From the IMG/VR virus record IMGVR_UViG_3300030095_006577, positions 1 through 42,942 of that record: a stretch of DNA of 42,942 bases; one strand, 5' to 3'. Position 1 is the stretch's first letter. Each line of letters opens with the position of its first letter. Position numbers and translations under genes: made by a program. This stretch comes from a virus. Taxonomy: Duplodnaviria > Caudoviricetes. Below are positions 9,501-20,500 of this stretch, piece after piece. The notes beneath the pieces are model-generated. The model was not told the origin of the DNA. It was given only the letters and a program-made list of their open reading frames with translations, and searched no databases.

Positions 9501-12500
9501 AGCTTTTACAACAAGTTCAAGACATTCCCGTCTTGGCTGCCATTATTAAAACGGCTTCCGACGTCACCAAATGCGCTGTGGACGTGAAATTTACATCTGG
9601 CCAAGAAGGTAGTCAGCCAATTAATCTTAGTTCCATACAATCAAATTTGCAAAATGGACTAAAGGGCGATATATGCGAGATCATAGGTGGAATAAAGGCG
9701 CTAACGCTTCCTGATATTGAAGCAACATTAAATACAGCACTAAACTCAGAGACAATAAAGGCTGCCTTTGTAAACGCCCTAATAAAGACGTTAAAGAACT
9801 TACTAATAAAAATATTAATTAATACGCTGGTACAGCTGATTAGAAAAGCCACACAAGTCCTGCAAGGAGCACTCTGTGAAGCTACAAGGGGCAATTTGTC
9901 TGCAGCCATAGAAGGATCCATAGCAGGAAACGCTGCCACCCAGGTGTACGTTCCGCCAGGTAACATCGCCAACTTGTTTGCTGATGCATTTTGTGGTCCT
10001 CCCAATGGAACGTCAGGGCTAGATGATCAAGTTTCTAGACTTATGGCTTCCATGGCTGGAACATCTCCCGGTTCATTGGCACCAGGGAGCGGCCCTTGCT
10101 CATTAGTTGACAGTCTTGCTCGCAGGTTGCGAATGGATCAATTGCTTGATCTAATGCAGGGAACACCAAGCGAAAATGTTATACAGATTGTTCTTAGCGT
10201 ATCAAGAAATGAGTGCCCAGAGTTCTCTGATTTCTTATTTGATGAAGCGTCTGTTCTCAGTTTCTTTCAAAACCTGTCAACTGCATTTCCACAAAAGTTT
10301 TTAGATGATACAAGGAATAGCCTAGAGGCTTTTGGGGGGGATCGTGAAAATATAATTACCACTTGCAACATTGAGCCGAATCTAACTGGACTTGAGCAGG
10401 CGCTAAGAAACGAGTGCGGGGATAGAATATCAGACGAGCAAATACAAAGACAAGTACAGGCATTTCAAAAAAGGATAGAAGAGACTGTTTCGGATCTGGC
10501 ATCAGCAATGACTGGCGGATTTAGTGAGTCCATGACAGACACCATCCAAACTGCGATGTCAAATATTGTTCCAAAAGACGATCCGACAAACGTTGTCCTG
10601 GTTAAGGAAATAGTGGATAGCATGTTTGATCCGTTCTACACTGCTTACGCTAATGGGCTAATGGCCCCAGTTGCACCAAATGGCAATGGTGGGTATATGA
10701 ATCTTGTTTTGTCGAATAGGAATTCCACTCCAATTGTAGGACAGCACACACAGTTTGGAGCGTCAGTGGCTATCTTAGCTGGCCCTCTTGTAACTTTACT
10801 ACCTGGAATAGGAGCTGTTGCTGCAGAGCAGTTAGTGGAGGATCTAAGAATATCATACTTTGGAGACAGGCCAGTAGGATTGTCTCCACAGCTAAAACCA
10901 GACACAGTTGCGCAATATTTAAAAAACCTTCTTAGCACTGGTGAATTTGTGTCTGATGAATCTGGTGGTGAAATATTTGATGAAACTGTCTCGCTTTCAT
11001 ACGAAGGCACTTTAGGCATACCCTTATTCAACATCACATATAATTTTTCTACAAACCAAGGTGCATTGCAAAGGTTTGGAATATTTGGAGAATCGATAAC
11101 GAGCGAAGGATCCACTATTAGACTAGAATCCTCAGAGATGGACACTGCATATGGACAAGTGCAGAGTTATTTGTCTAATGTAGAGTTTGGGACATCTCCA
11201 AATGATATTTATGACAGCTTCTTTGGATCTCTACAAAGAACCCCTCTGGCACTCGGTTCTTCAGCACTACTATATAATTTATTTGTTACCAATGTGGTGG
11301 ACCTTTTTAATCCCTCTTTGTGGAGCTTTCCGGAGGCATCTCTAGAAGATTTATCAAATGGGGCTGCAATTGTTTTGAAAAGTATAAGAAAAGAGACTTT
11401 TAAGTCTTTGTCTAAATCTGTTGCGTTTAATGAGAATGCATTTGATTATGGAACATATAATTTAGACTCAATAAGTGACAATGATATAACCCCCACGATC
11501 AATCCAGAGCTATTAGATCAGGGATATGAGGTATTTTATCTAGATGATGGTAATATTGTTGTCATACCTCCAAGAAAGGGCGGCTGGCTTGAGTTAAAAG
11601 ATATCTTGTTGCCTAAAAAACAAGAATCCTATTGTTGTCCTGATAAAAAGAACCTTTTAGATATTCCCTCAATAAAAGAGGGGGTTTTGCGGGCGTTTGA
11701 ATCATCCGATGAGGACGAACGACTTTATCAAAACCCAAAAACAGTCCGAGAACCCCCCTATTCTCATATAGCTGGGAGGACTACCTCAGCCTGTATAGAG
11801 GGCGTGATAACTACAACAATAAGAATATATTTAATTGAGCATATTCTTAATGGCTACGCGAGTTTTAGTAAGTATAAAACAAACTTCCCGTCAGTGTACT
11901 CCGATCTCTTCGCAGACTATGTGGCCAAAAAAATTAAAACAGGATTAAGGACTCAGAACCCAAACCCTGCTGGTCCTCCCTTCCCACCAGGATCGGACGC
12001 AGGCATAGAGACGCTTGTAACAGAGCTGGCTAACTCTTTGGGCATATCCCCTGAAGACCTTGATGCTAGTTCACCAGACACTGCAGGTAGAGGCTTTTAT
12101 GGATATTGGTACGAGTTTCTAGAACAGTGTGTTCAAACATATTTAAGCAGGGCAAGATCCGGCACTTTATCTATAACCCAATCTGGAGACATAGCACTCA
12201 GAGCGATAAGCAATTTTTCAAGAGATTACTCGTATCCTCAAAGGGAAGAGCTGAGAAGAATACGAAGAACTCGCCCCTTTATGACCCTAAAAAGACTTAG
12301 AAGAGAGAAAAATATTCTAGCCATACAAGCAACGGAAAACCAAGCTACTATTATATTAAAAGAGTTGATCAAAGAAGAACTCAATAGAATATCTCAAGAT
12401 ATAGAGCAAACCTTGCCGCAACCACAAGGAGGCTGGGTTCAAAATATTGCGGACGACTTTCTAAGAAATGGTTATTACATTGCAAATAGAAACATTTTCG

Positions 12501-13600
12501 ACATCCCACGAGAGGACGGCGATATCCTAAATGGCGAAAGGGGTGATTTAAATTTCTCTGGTAATGGGCAATTTATCTTGCAGTCTTATGTCCGCCCAGT
12601 TCTTAATGAAGCTTCGGCGAGGTATCCATCACTTCGAGCAAATATAGAATCTGATCAAGTATATGGGCTTAGAGAAATTAGGGATCGAATGGAGCTTTCT
12701 GGAATTGTTGACGATGGTTTTGGAATGGGAAGTGAATCCATACGAGACCACTTTAGATCATTTAAATATGGTTTAAGACTAGTGTATGTGCTTGGTGATG
12801 AGTTGGTAGACGATCTTGGCTCTAGGGCGCCTGCCCTGATCACCCTTTTAAACAGGGACGATCCTGTTAACAGATATTACAGGCACGAGGACACTGCAGC
12901 AGACACCCCAGGGTTTAGATATTCAATCCCAGTTGTTTCGTCTACGGATTTTGAAGTTGAATATGATAATTTTATGTCGATATTTTATCGAAGCACAAAC
13001 CCTGGTATTTTAATGGCACAAAACACATATAATTCAAATCAATATAACTGGCCACTATTAACTCAATTGATGATTAACTCTCAAGAGTTTAAAACAATTT
13101 TTAGTTATGCGGTTCCCCTTACAAGTATTCAATCTCTAAATACTATGTTTAATATAGAGTCCTTTTTGGATTCGGTTGGTCGGGAAGATGGTTGGATTTT
13201 CCCCAATATCCAAATGCCCATACCGGAGGAGGTCCCCATAGCTCGTCTCCCGGCGACATACTTGAGTTGGAATAGAAAAGTTTTTCCTGTTTTAAAGAGA
13301 AGATTAAAGAAGGTATTTAATTTATTATATAGAGCAAATGATTTTTCATATGATCCTCTTGACGGATCGGAGCAAGATGAACAAGTAAGAAATCTCTCTG
13401 ACAGCACAAACGCTGACTCCTGGTCTGATAGACTAACACCTGAAACTAGGGCGAGGGTTATACTTGAAGATCCTACTTGCTTCTCTGGCGCGGCTGCTTC
13501 GTTGTATTCTGAATCTCCAGAGGAAGTAGAAGAGGCGCCTGATGATTCTGAAACGACTGAGCGCAGGACATCTCCCATAGAAGGGCCAATCCCTAAATAG
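6584..13600 (+). CDS. Giant hypothetical protein (2338 aa), probably virion-associated
   Basis: Uninterrupted 7-kb ORF, AGGAG SD before a GTG start, located between the spike and gp25-like genes. No family motif recognised. Confidence 0.85.
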   Translation: MAIPVGTIGSENRDRFRRSVLEPLFASTYIRRTYRRNAGTETDLSRGYENGEVLVFGDGGINFRSLEEVSSESFDISADWVNTFWDGWDMSEARLWLTSEIEPRLRQALLYLNNVYGPLNKYDETLGTERGSDTMRFLGLAPDSTAEISLFDIGTNASEKRNNAKRIVQTLLMFDDGHGCLSREQRQIEIFAYPVRMPVKFTDAYFGARFIALGYSDVSPVTGEAFVSIANLPDIEDGQGLLGPDPRQFELWKENAFPQEEETTISTSAGSTTDTRPGTRNIQCPIRPRPDAVFGPGSGAPAAETPGPCPDIDNDPPAREDICTLNINAQIPEWTDQMEPFLNSRICEYYIPIQTTYECVGADELPERVREYTGDAVQKMLDFLNKQASVMQRQILREFVENEDYYEFDKAPNVDVKLLYKWPFGLVKALRLQDRVAPAGTSSQVGTSVEVSTSNILANLDTLKLILQNLSPQQVNMWSLDREKILLDGTAREANILQESQSIISFRVDMLKFLDSNNYILPLVGDKQSPGSQFEIPSEGVIADSLQFYYDSDYGLSAILARESGGDYQPLNLGNLPSNSFFRNPTMLSYLFNLDSIITQYNNSQELNVTTFLQQYHYPSIRVANQASIGDATLLPANCSGGALEDVANSVVDGLVDAAKEFAGRFADNLCMTEEQAARRDAEMESSVEDLRNILSEQNMKNIALQDPLISNISSTINSIDQSRDTISAAWSNLFDKLTACGLFTLASKTMETIAKNDVCGISPEMVLMIAIKASLKKTDARALRDVFNGLPGNFQTQIQEQYAQRFREFANQVGYNGPSGFPWDLEEQNRQLERDRKQGRVLYDGSLFTAPSLAQTESRYQNSYRAGYQANIDFDVSSFTYLSQGGYDEGSFWAGYVQARVDTDADTIQVPSEIVAPPRFDVLTDAQRLQANSPSINSSAFGQLAGGLVADTIMFGFDTFVEVMTDTLGIDQLLQQVQDIPVLAAIIKTASDVTKCAVDVKFTSGQEGSQPINLSSIQSNLQNGLKGDICEIIGGIKALTLPDIEATLNTALNSETIKAAFVNALIKTLKNLLIKILINTLVQLIRKATQVLQGALCEATRGNLSAAIEGSIAGNAATQVYVPPGNIANLFADAFCGPPNGTSGLDDQVSRLMASMAGTSPGSLAPGSGPCSLVDSLARRLRMDQLLDLMQGTPSENVIQIVLSVSRNECPEFSDFLFDEASVLSFFQNLSTAFPQKFLDDTRNSLEAFGGDRENIITTCNIEPNLTGLEQALRNECGDRISDEQIQRQVQAFQKRIEETVSDLASAMTGGFSESMTDTIQTAMSNIVPKDDPTNVVLVKEIVDSMFDPFYTAYANGLMAPVAPNGNGGYMNLVLSNRNSTPIVGQHTQFGASVAILAGPLVTLLPGIGAVAAEQLVEDLRISYFGDRPVGLSPQLKPDTVAQYLKNLLSTGEFVSDESGGEIFDETVSLSYEGTLGIPLFNITYNFSTNQGALQRFGIFGESITSEGSTIRLESSEMDTAYGQVQSYLSNVEFGTSPNDIYDSFFGSLQRTPLALGSSALLYNLFVTNVVDLFNPSLWSFPEASLEDLSNGAAIVLKSIRKETFKSLSKSVAFNENAFDYGTYNLDSISDNDITPTINPELLDQGYEVFYLDDGNIVVIPPRKGGWLELKDILLPKKQESYCCPDKKNLLDIPSIKEGVLRAFESSDEDERLYQNPKTVREPPYSHIAGRTTSACIEGVITTTIRIYLIEHILNGYASFSKYKTNFPSVYSDLFADYVAKKIKTGLRTQNPNPAGPPFPPGSDAGIETLVTELANSLGISPEDLDASSPDTAGRGFYGYWYEFLEQCVQTYLSRARSGTLSITQSGDIALRAISNFSRDYSYPQREELRRIRRTRPFMTLKRLRREKNILAIQATENQATIILKELIKEELNRISQDIEQTLPQPQGGWVQNIADDFLRNGYYIANRNIFDIPREDGDILNGERGDLNFSGNGQFILQSYVRPVLNEASARYPSLRANIESDQVYGLREIRDRMELSGIVDDGFGMGSESIRDHFRSFKYGLRLVYVLGDELVDDLGSRAPALITLLNRDDPVNRYYRHEDTAADTPGFRYSIPVVSSTDFEVEYDNFMSIFYRSTNPGILMAQNTYNSNQYNWPLLTQLMINSQEFKTIFSYAVPLTSIQSLNTMFNIESFLDSVGREDGWIFPNIQMPIPEEVPIARLPATYLSWNRKVFPVLKRRLKKVFNLLYRANDFSYDPLDGSEQDEQVRNLSDSTNADSWSDRLTPETRARVILEDPTCFSGAAASLYSESPEEVEEAPDDSETTERRTSPIEGPIPK

Positions 13601-13617
13601 AGAAAACTATGACAGTC

Positions 13618-13630
13618 ACTATTTAAATAG
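13618..13630 (+). promoter_or_regulatory. Candidate late promoter motif ACTATTTA, within perfect palindrome CTATTTAAATAG
   Basis: Intergenic, directly before the GGAGG SD of the gp25-like gene. The same core recurs in the other intergenic gaps. Confidence 0.6.
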
Positions 13631-13642
13631 GAGGGACACAAA

Positions 13643-14026
13643 ATGCCAGGAATTGCAGTAAAATTACCGCTAATAAGAGACAAGGAAAATGGCTTCACCC
13701 TTCTCCAGACCTATGATGAGATAGCTACTCAGAATCTCAAGATGCTTGTCTTGACAACTCCTGGAGAAAGAATGATGGACCCAGATTTTGGTGTTGGTGC
13801 TAGAAGATTTTTGTTCGAACAGATGACAGAGGATACATTTCAAGAATTTAAAAGCAAGCTGTTACAGCAACAACAGAAGTATCTTCCTTATTTGTCTATT
13901 CAAGACGTTAGGTTTTCCTCCTCCTTGAGCAATTCTGGTATGGATGAGAACACATTACAAATCAGTATTGTTTACTATAACAAAATTTTAAAAACTTCGG
14001 GAGTCGTTTCATTACCAATAACGTAA
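13643..14026 (+). CDS. Baseplate wedge / sheath-initiator protein, GPW/gp25 family
   Basis: QNLKMLVLTTPGERMMDPDFGVG...LFE signature; 127 aa. Confidence 0.92.
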   Translation: MPGIAVKLPLIRDKENGFTLLQTYDEIATQNLKMLVLTTPGERMMDPDFGVGARRFLFEQMTEDTFQEFKSKLLQQQQKYLPYLSIQDVRFSSSLSNSGMDENTLQISIVYYNKILKTSGVVSLPIT

Positions 14027-14033
14027 AAAAACA

Positions 14034-14043
14034 ACTACTTATA
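14034..14043 (+). promoter_or_regulatory. Candidate late promoter motif ACTACTTATA
   Basis: Intergenic variant of the CTAnTTA motif upstream of the gp6-like gene. Confidence 0.5.
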
Positions 14044-14063
14044 TTAATGAATGAGGGCTTTTA

Positions 14064-15860
14064 ATGTCAAAGAATAAGGTGCCAATTAAATACACAAGCA
14101 GAGATTTCGAATCAATCAGAAAAGAATTGGTCGATTACGCTAAAAGATATTACTCTGATACCTTTAAGGATTTTAGTGAAGCATCTTTTGGCTCTTTGAT
14201 GATAGATACGGTTGCATATGTTGGAGACATTTTATCCTTTTATCTAGATTATCAAGTAAATGAAAGCTTCCTTAACTCAGCTATTGAGTACAATAATGTA
14301 GTAAGCCTTGGTGAGCAGATGGGCTACAAATTTAAAGGGCCTAGCTCTGCATTTGGAGTTTGTGCTTTTTATGTTTCTGTACCAGCCAACGGGGCGACCT
14401 TGGGCCCTGACACAGCATACATACCTATATTAAAAAGCGGTGCAACTGTTTCCTCTGATAGCGGTGCAACATTCATACTACTAGAGGACATAGATTTTAA
14501 TAACCCAGAAAATGATGTTGTAATCTTAGAACAAAACTCAGATACCGGAGAACCTTTAACTTATGGTATCCAAGCGTATGGTCGGGTTGTTTCTGGAGAA
14601 TTGGGCACTGAAACAATAAGCGTTGGATCTTTTGAAAGGTTTAAGAAATTAGACCTAAAGACACTTGATGTGGTTGAAATATTATCTGTTACAGATGACG
14701 AAGGAAACACATACTACGAAGTGCCGTTTTTATCTCAAAATGTTATTCACAGAGGAGTTGCCAATAGGAGCAGAGCAGACGATTCATCACCTGCGGCCAT
14801 GATTAAGCCTTTTATAGTTCCAAGGAGATTTGTGACTAAGAAGACGTCAAGAAGGACTGCCTTACAATTTGGTTATGGATCGGAAACTGAGCTTAGTAAG
14901 GCATCGGTTGCAGAGCCAACTAATGTGGTAATACAAAAACTTGGTAGAAATTATATTAGTGATACCTCTTTTGATCCTTCTAAACTTCTTGATTCTGATA
15001 AGTTTGGAATCTCGCCATCAAATACTACTTTGAGAATTAACTATAGGCGTAATACGCTAGCAAATGCAAATGCGTCAGCGGGAGCCATTAACAAAGTGGT
15101 CGACTCTAGACTTCAGTTTCAAAGTCCGGAAAGACTGAACAATGCTTCTAGAAGAGCAGTTTTGAATTCTCTAGCTGTAACAAATATACAACCAATTAAC
15201 GGACAAACTTCCAATCCCTCTTTGGATGAGGTGAGGCAGGAAATAATGGATAATTTTTCTGCTCAAGACAGAATAGTCACAGAGCAAGACTATAAAGCCT
15301 TTATTTATACGATGCCTGGGCAATTTGGATCCATAAAAAGATGTGCAATTTATAGAGACAATGATTCATTTAGAAGAAATCTAAATCTGTATATAATAGG
15401 GGCTGATAAGAGTGGAAATCTAACTACGTGCAATTCTCAAGTAAAAGAAAACCTTAAAACCTGGCTTGGGCAAAGCAAGATGATCAACGATACTATTGAT
15501 ATTTTAGACGCCAAGGTCGTTAATGTTCAAATTAAATACACTTTATTATCTTTTAGTATAAACAATTCATTAGATCTTATTGTAAAAGCTAACCAAGCCC
15601 TTAGAGACAGATACACTACAAAACTTGACGTGGGGCAGAGCTTTGATCTTGATGAGGTTAGAAAAATCCTTTCCAGAGTACCTGGAGTAGATGGTGTAAG
15701 AAACGTGAGGCTGGTAAACAAATTTGGTGGAGCATATTCAAATATTTCGTATGACGTGTCAGAATATACAGACGCACAAAATAGATTTGTTGAAGTTCCA
15801 AGAAATGTTATTCTTGAAATTAAATATCTTGATACAGATATAATAGGGACCTTGAAGTAA
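14064..15860 (+). CDS. Baseplate wedge subunit, T4 gp6 / baseplate J-like
   Basis: YTSRDFESIRKELVDY, DFSEASFGSLMIDTVAYVGDILSFYLD, LQFGYG, AQDRIVTEQDY. Follows gp25. Confidence 0.9.
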   Translation: MSKNKVPIKYTSRDFESIRKELVDYAKRYYSDTFKDFSEASFGSLMIDTVAYVGDILSFYLDYQVNESFLNSAIEYNNVVSLGEQMGYKFKGPSSAFGVCAFYVSVPANGATLGPDTAYIPILKSGATVSSDSGATFILLEDIDFNNPENDVVILEQNSDTGEPLTYGIQAYGRVVSGELGTETISVGSFERFKKLDLKTLDVVEILSVTDDEGNTYYEVPFLSQNVIHRGVANRSRADDSSPAAMIKPFIVPRRFVTKKTSRRTALQFGYGSETELSKASVAEPTNVVIQKLGRNYISDTSFDPSKLLDSDKFGISPSNTTLRINYRRNTLANANASAGAINKVVDSRLQFQSPERLNNASRRAVLNSLAVTNIQPINGQTSNPSLDEVRQEIMDNFSAQDRIVTEQDYKAFIYTMPGQFGSIKRCAIYRDNDSFRRNLNLYIIGADKSGNLTTCNSQVKENLKTWLGQSKMINDTIDILDAKVVNVQIKYTLLSFSINNSLDLIVKANQALRDRYTTKLDVGQSFDLDEVRKILSRVPGVDGVRNVRLVNKFGGAYSNISYDVSEYTDAQNRFVEVPRNVILEIKYLDTDIIGTLK

Positions 15861-17521
15861 TGGCTATTAAAAGATATGTCGCTAATGCTGACACAACAAT
15901 TACAAATGCTTTTAAAGAAAACTTAATAACCCGTGGAACTGCGTCAAATATGGGCCGTGCCGACAGTTTGGAGGTATTTTCAATATATGGTCAGGAGAGT
16001 TCCGGGTCCTCTGAGTTGTCTAGAATATTGGTGCAGTTCCCAACAACAGACATAGCAACGGACAGGACCAATGGGACAATACCAGCGTCAGGTAGTGTTA
16101 GTTTTTATCTGCGCATGTTCAACGCTGTAACTCCATTTACTGTGCCTAGAAACTTTACATTGGTAGCATCTGCTGTTTCTGGCGCAAATGACAATGATAG
16201 TGTAATAGGACTATCAGGCAAGGTCATTGATTTTAATTGGCAAGAGGGCCAAGGGATTGACGCTGACAACTATACAGATGTGACTAGAGATGGTGAGGGC
16301 GCAAACTGGATAATGATGGGATCTAGTAGCGTAAACGGCCCAATTAAATGGGGAAAACAAGGCTCAAACACAGTGGGTGGTGCCTTCTTTGATAATATCA
16401 ATAGAACCTTTACCCAAACATTTGATAGCGGAGTAGAGGATTTAGAAATAAACATTACAAATTTGGTTGAGCAATGGGTAAACAGCACTGGTAATGTCTT
16501 GGGCACGATACCAAATTACGGTATTGGAATATTCTTGACGGCCTCACAGGAGGCATATGTTGCGACTGCTGATCAAACAACAGTAAGTCGCGCCAATGAT
16601 GGTGGGTCAAAAAGATCTTACTACACAAAGAAGTTTTTTGCTAGAAGTTCTGAGTTTTTCTACAAGCGTCCAATAATTGAGGCACGCTGGGATTCAGCAG
16701 AGAAGGACGATAGGGGCAATTTTTATTACAGCAGTTCATTAGCAACTGCCGGTGAAAACTTAAATACAGTCTACTTGTACAATTATTTCAGGGGACAACT
16801 TAGAAACATTCCTGAAATTGGAAGCGGCCCAATATACGTTTCAGTATTTTCTGGCTCAACCCACGACGATGGTCCAGGGACTGAAGCTGTAACACTAGTT
16901 GTTGATGGTGCGAATGTGCAGTCTGACGTACCAACAGTAGTCACTGGTGGACACATTTCTACTGGTATTTATACCGCTTCTTTCGCCATAACAGCGTCAT
17001 CTCCAAAAGCCATGGATACTATTTATGATGTATGGTTTAAAGGTGGTGTGGGAATCGGAGAAGTACCAGGGGTAATACAATATCAAACTGGAACAATAGA
17101 GCCAAAGAAAATATCTTTACAACCACAAAACCCATCCACGGCTTTTGTTTCAAATATCACTAACTTGCGCCCTGTTTATTCAAATCTTGAGACAGCTCGT
17201 TTTAGAATATTTACTCGCCAAAAGAATTGGTATCCATCTATTTATACTAGAGCCGTGTCCTCTACTCCTCCATTTATAGTAGAGAGTGGATCATACGCAG
17301 TTACTAGAGTAGTCGATGATTTTAAGGCAATACAGTTTGGAACTGGTAGCAACTTACATACGCAAATGTCATTTGATATCTCAGGAAGTTACTTTGATCT
17401 GGATATGAGCATGTTAGAGCCAGGATACGCTTACAAAATCAAGTTGGCTTTCTACAATGGTTCAATTGGAAGTTGGCAAGAGCAGCCACAAGAGTTTAAG
17501 TTTAGGGTCGAAGAAGGTTAG
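15860..17521 (+). CDS. Putative virion structural protein with DNRLRE-like beta-sandwich N-terminal domain
   Basis: ADTTI...SRILVQFP...LEINITNLVEQW...NYGIGI...RPIIEARWD pattern. TAATG coupled to the gp6-like gene. Confidence 0.6.
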   Translation: MAIKRYVANADTTITNAFKENLITRGTASNMGRADSLEVFSIYGQESSGSSELSRILVQFPTTDIATDRTNGTIPASGSVSFYLRMFNAVTPFTVPRNFTLVASAVSGANDNDSVIGLSGKVIDFNWQEGQGIDADNYTDVTRDGEGANWIMMGSSSVNGPIKWGKQGSNTVGGAFFDNINRTFTQTFDSGVEDLEINITNLVEQWVNSTGNVLGTIPNYGIGIFLTASQEAYVATADQTTVSRANDGGSKRSYYTKKFFARSSEFFYKRPIIEARWDSAEKDDRGNFYYSSSLATAGENLNTVYLYNYFRGQLRNIPEIGSGPIYVSVFSGSTHDDGPGTEAVTLVVDGANVQSDVPTVVTGGHISTGIYTASFAITASSPKAMDTIYDVWFKGGVGIGEVPGVIQYQTGTIEPKKISLQPQNPSTAFVSNITNLRPVYSNLETARFRIFTRQKNWYPSIYTRAVSSTPPFIVESGSYAVTRVVDDFKAIQFGTGSNLHTQMSFDISGSYFDLDMSMLEPGYAYKIKLAFYNGSIGSWQEQPQEFKFRVEEG

Positions 17522-17523
17522 AA

Positions 17524-20500
17524 ATGAGCACCAATGATCGGTTTAAATCAAAGCCAGCAACATTATCAGCAAAAAGCCTAGATTCATTAGGAAAAGACGC
17601 GGAGTCTGCAGATAATGTCGTGGCGACTAGGAAAAGGGTAAACGTATTTTTACCCCCTATAGACTATTCTTCTGCTTCAAACTTTGCTGTTTATGGCTCT
17701 GCCGAAAAGTATTATGAGGATGCTGTAAAGAGGGTATATTTAGAGTATCCATATGATGGATCCGAAAAAGAAATAAATGAATATACTCTAAGTTCATCGT
17801 TTCTTGATCAATACGTTCTAAACAAGAGGTATCCAAGGACATGCGGCCAGGCCGTATTTGCAGGAAAACAATGGGGAACTCTCGTTTCAACGTCTGGTGA
17901 ATATGGAGCACCAGCGACGGGTTCATACGAATATATATCATTTTTTGGTGGCCCTAATACAAACTTATCAACCAGCGACTCTATACATGATGCTTTTTCC
18001 GGCTCTCACAATCAAAACAATATTTATGATTTGTCCAAAAAGAGAGGCTCTAATTTAGCCCTAAATCCAACTAGTGGATCTACTGTAGAATTTTGGCTAA
18101 GAAAAGAAGCCTTTGATCCTAGTAAAACTAAAAAAGAAGTCATATTAGATGTTTGGAACGGTGAAGCCACCTATACAGATGCAACATATGGTCGCTTTAT
18201 GGTGGAAATCAGCGGTTCTGGCCATGGTGCCGCCGGTCAAAATGTGTTCCGACTAACATACTTGTCTGGTACTGTCGGAATGACAAACCAATCAATTGGC
18301 TTATCTACAGTTACAACAGCATCCGTGGCCAATAATTTATGGAACCACTATGCTATAACTTTAGCCTCCTCGTCAGATTCCGGATTCAATGGAAAACTTT
18401 ATATAAATGGCGAACTTAATGATTCAAAATTCTTTTCTAATGTGGGTACTTTGCAGGAAATTAGAGGCCCCCTTCGAGGTAACCTAGGAGCACTTGCCTA
18501 TACCCCACCAGGATCAAACGATGCCCCGGTTAAGGGCTGGGGAAAGATGTCAGCCTCGTTAGATGAGTTTAGATATTGGAAAATAGAGAGAAGCTCAGAA
18601 GATATCGGTAGGAACTGGTTTACTCAAGTTCGTGGTGGCACAAATACAGACGATGCAAACGTTGATCTTGGTGTTTACTTTAAATTTAATGAAGGCATAA
18701 CAGGAAACACCGGCATCGATACCACCGTGCTTGATTATTCTGGTAGAATATCAAATGGTACGTGGACAGGATACAATGCGTTCAGTAGAAATACAGGCTC
18801 CGCCATTGAATCGTCTTTTGCTGCGCCCACAGAATTTAGGGATCCAATAGTACACCCAAGTCACCCAGACGTTAGTCGTGTTCTAGGAATACTAAAGGAC
18901 CAAGGAAAATCATACGACCAGCAGAATAACTCGTCTATATTCAATTCCTTGCCTGCTTGGATAATTGAGACTGACTCAAGTGGGCACTTAAAAAATCTAG
19001 TTCAAATTGTAGCAAGTTACTTTGATAAGTTGCAAAACCAAATTAGAGAAGTTCCAAGACTAAAGAATTTAACTTATTTAAGTTCAAGTTATAACTCGCC
19101 TTCGTTTTCTTCAGACCTTGTTAATAGCACTGGTATGTTTGCATCTGAAATGTTTATCGATTCAAACATTATGGAGCAGATACTATCTCGTGATGAAGAT
19201 AGGAATTTTGATCTAGATCTTGACGAAATAAGGAATAGAATATATCAAAATATTTATAACAACCTTGTTCATATCAATAAAGCAAAGGGAACCGAGAAGG
19301 CCTTTAGGAACTTAATACACTGTTATGGGATTGATGAACAGTTAATTCGTTTTAATACATATGGCGATGAAGTAACATATGAGTTGAAAGATAACTTTAG
19401 ATCGACTGTTGTGGCAAAAAATCTAGTTGACTTTAGCGATGAGACTAGAAACGATGCCACAATTTATCAAATGACAGCATCAAGTAACACCAATAGTGTT
19501 TCTTTTATTTCTGGTTCTGCTAGCGGCTCGCTGAAGCCAATTGGAGATCAAGTTGAGGATTATCTTGGATTTACTCTAGAGGGAGAGGTGATATTCCCAG
19601 TAACTCCGGATGTTTGTGAATCTACTGCAAGCATTGGTAACCCCATAGTTAGTTCATCTGTCTTTGGTATGCACGGAGCCAGGGGCGGCACCCCGGCTGA
19701 CACAACATGGCCAGACACAGACTATGCAGATATTCGCCTTTTAGCTGTACGCTCTGGAAACGATTTTAATTCAGAGGATGCAAAGTTCCTCTTAACTTCG
19801 TCGATCGGGGGCTTGCCGACTTTAACATCTGATATTTATAAAGATGTCTATGACAATAAAAAGTGGAATTTTGCTGTAAGGGTCATAAACGACAAATATC
19901 CTTTAGGTGATGTCATAACTGGCGTATCTTCAAGCTCGGAAAGCTATAGACTAGAATTTTATGGAATAAATCAAACGTTAGATGTTACAGAAAATGAATT
20001 CTTCTTAACTGGTGCAATTAGTAGCCAAGACGCAAAGAGGTTATTAAGAAGCGATAAGAGAATTTTTGCCGGCGCACATAGAACAAACTTCAGCGGATCT
20101 GTGCTTCAATTAAGTGATATTAAACTCTCTAATGTAAAATATTGGAGCAGTTATATTGATAACAAGACTATTAAAGCACACGCTAGAGATACAGAAAACT
20201 ATGGAACTAAGTTCCCGCACAGAAACGCATTCCTAACACAAAAGGCGGCGACAGGCTCTTACATACCTCAAATAGAAACGCTGGCACTTAATTGGAACTT
20301 CTACAACATAACTGGGTCCAACGAGGCCGGGATGTTTACGGTCGATGATAGCTCTTCTGGCTCCGTTGAACTTCAAAAGAGATACGGATGGCTTGGCAAC
20401 ATAGTAAAAGCACAACACACAGGCCTGGGATATGCATTTCCGGAGAATGATAAAAAAGCAATAAATAAAGACTTTATTTATGTTGCGAGACAAACGCAGC

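Noticed and set aside
10330-10340. TTTTGGGGGGG run in the 2338-aa gene as a phase-variation or frameshift site
   Set aside because: A single G7 in an intact frame, with no useful alternative-frame ORF evident.
13129-13698. 189-aa minus-strand ORF spanning the giant gene/gp25 junction
   Set aside because: Overlaps two credible + strand genes and has no recognisable motif.
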